In this document: positions 63,360 through 64,000 of the stretch, in pieces | How the letters are laid out: every line of letters starts with the position of its first letter | Numbering within the stretch: the first letter of the stretch is position 1 | Origin: Macrostomum lignano | Taxonomy: Eukaryota | DNA: 64,000 nt | NCBI GenBank assembly: GCA_002269645.1 | Contig: NIVC01001753.1 | Location: forward strand, 62,001 to 126,000 | Reading direction: 5' to 3' | Notes under the pieces: generated by a model | Told to the model about the DNA's origin: nothing | Databases searched by the model: none | The model's input: the letters and a program-made list of their open reading frames with translations, nothing else | Position numbers and translations under genes: made by a program

Positions 63360-63677
63360 GCAATCGACGCGAGCAGGTGTTGGTTAATCAACTCAGAGCG
63401 GGCGTCTCTACCATCTGCGCCGCCACCCGCCAACGTCTCGGTCTCCAAGAGGACGACAAGTGTAGTGACTGCGGCGCGGTGGACACGGCCGACCACCTCC
63501 TCCGCCGCTGCCCAAGAGGTGACGCCGCCAGAGCCCGCTACTTCGGCGTCGAGGACCCCCTATCGGCGCCGACTGGCCGGATCATTGCGTTCGTACGTGC
63601 TGTGGGGCGCCTGAGCCCCCGCCAATATTGACGCCGAAGCGTCAACGGCGTGCCGGGAAACAGAAGAAGAAGAAGAA
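63360..63677 (+). mobile_element. Second, diverged I-group LINE 3' end
   Basis: LVNQLRAG…CSDCGAVDTADHLLRRC. Ends GAAACAGAAGAAG before (GCA)n. Confidence 0.8.
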
Positions 63678-64000
63678 GCAGCAGCAACAGCAGCAGCAAC
63701 CGCAGCAGCACCAATGATGACGACTTCGTAGGCTGGTGCGGCGGCAGTTATTGCGGTAATAAGTTTTGCCAGCCCAGCAACGGCTGTGGGCTACTGGGGT
63801 CAAGCACTAAAGACTGGGAAGCTGCCACCGCAGCAGCCGCTGCCGTTACCGCCTCCGCAGCCGCCGCCGCCGCACCTATTGTCGAGTCGGACAACAGCAG
63901 CGGCCTGAAGCAGCAGAAGAAAAGCAACGGATTGGGAATCAATCTAGCCCCGCCGCAGCTGAGCACGCCGACGACGACGAAGCAGCCTGCCAAAAATTTT

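Overview
Repeat-dense eukaryotic DNA, animal-like with GT-AG introns; the species cannot be identified from the sequence. The window is almost entirely nested mobile elements. I found no intact host gene, rRNA, tRNA or CRISPR array. Main contents: (1) the right part of a decayed Polinton/Maverick (adintovirus-like) element at 1-10894, with packaging ATPase, adenain protease, pPolB, a pX-like protein, integrase and a parvovirus-type PLA2; (2) three Crypton-like tyrosine-recombinase (YR) elements with a GCCATAGA(C/T) end motif, interleaved with a truncated Gypsy element and MITEs (11.3-20.6 kb); (3) a second, inverted, truncated Polinton (20630-23841) inserted in a YR catalytic motif; (4) a 10-kb Foldback/MULE element (26842-36833) with 1.55-kb TIRs and a 9-bp TSD, encoding a NOF-like transposase probably spliced to a USP (C19) deubiquitinase domain, plus a convergent orphan gene; it sits inside the TIR of (5) a PIF/Harbinger element (26829-44722); (6) hAT and YR-type MITEs, a solo-LTR-like element, a Penelope relic with a hammerhead-like motif, a Ulp1 fragment, a PC4-like fragment and two I-group LINE 3' ends. 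Best novelty candidates: the TIR-bearing YR family, the transposase-USP Foldback element, and a heat-shock-element promoter in the Polinton's variable slot. All assignments come from reading motifs by eye; no database search was run. Most ORFs are disrupted.
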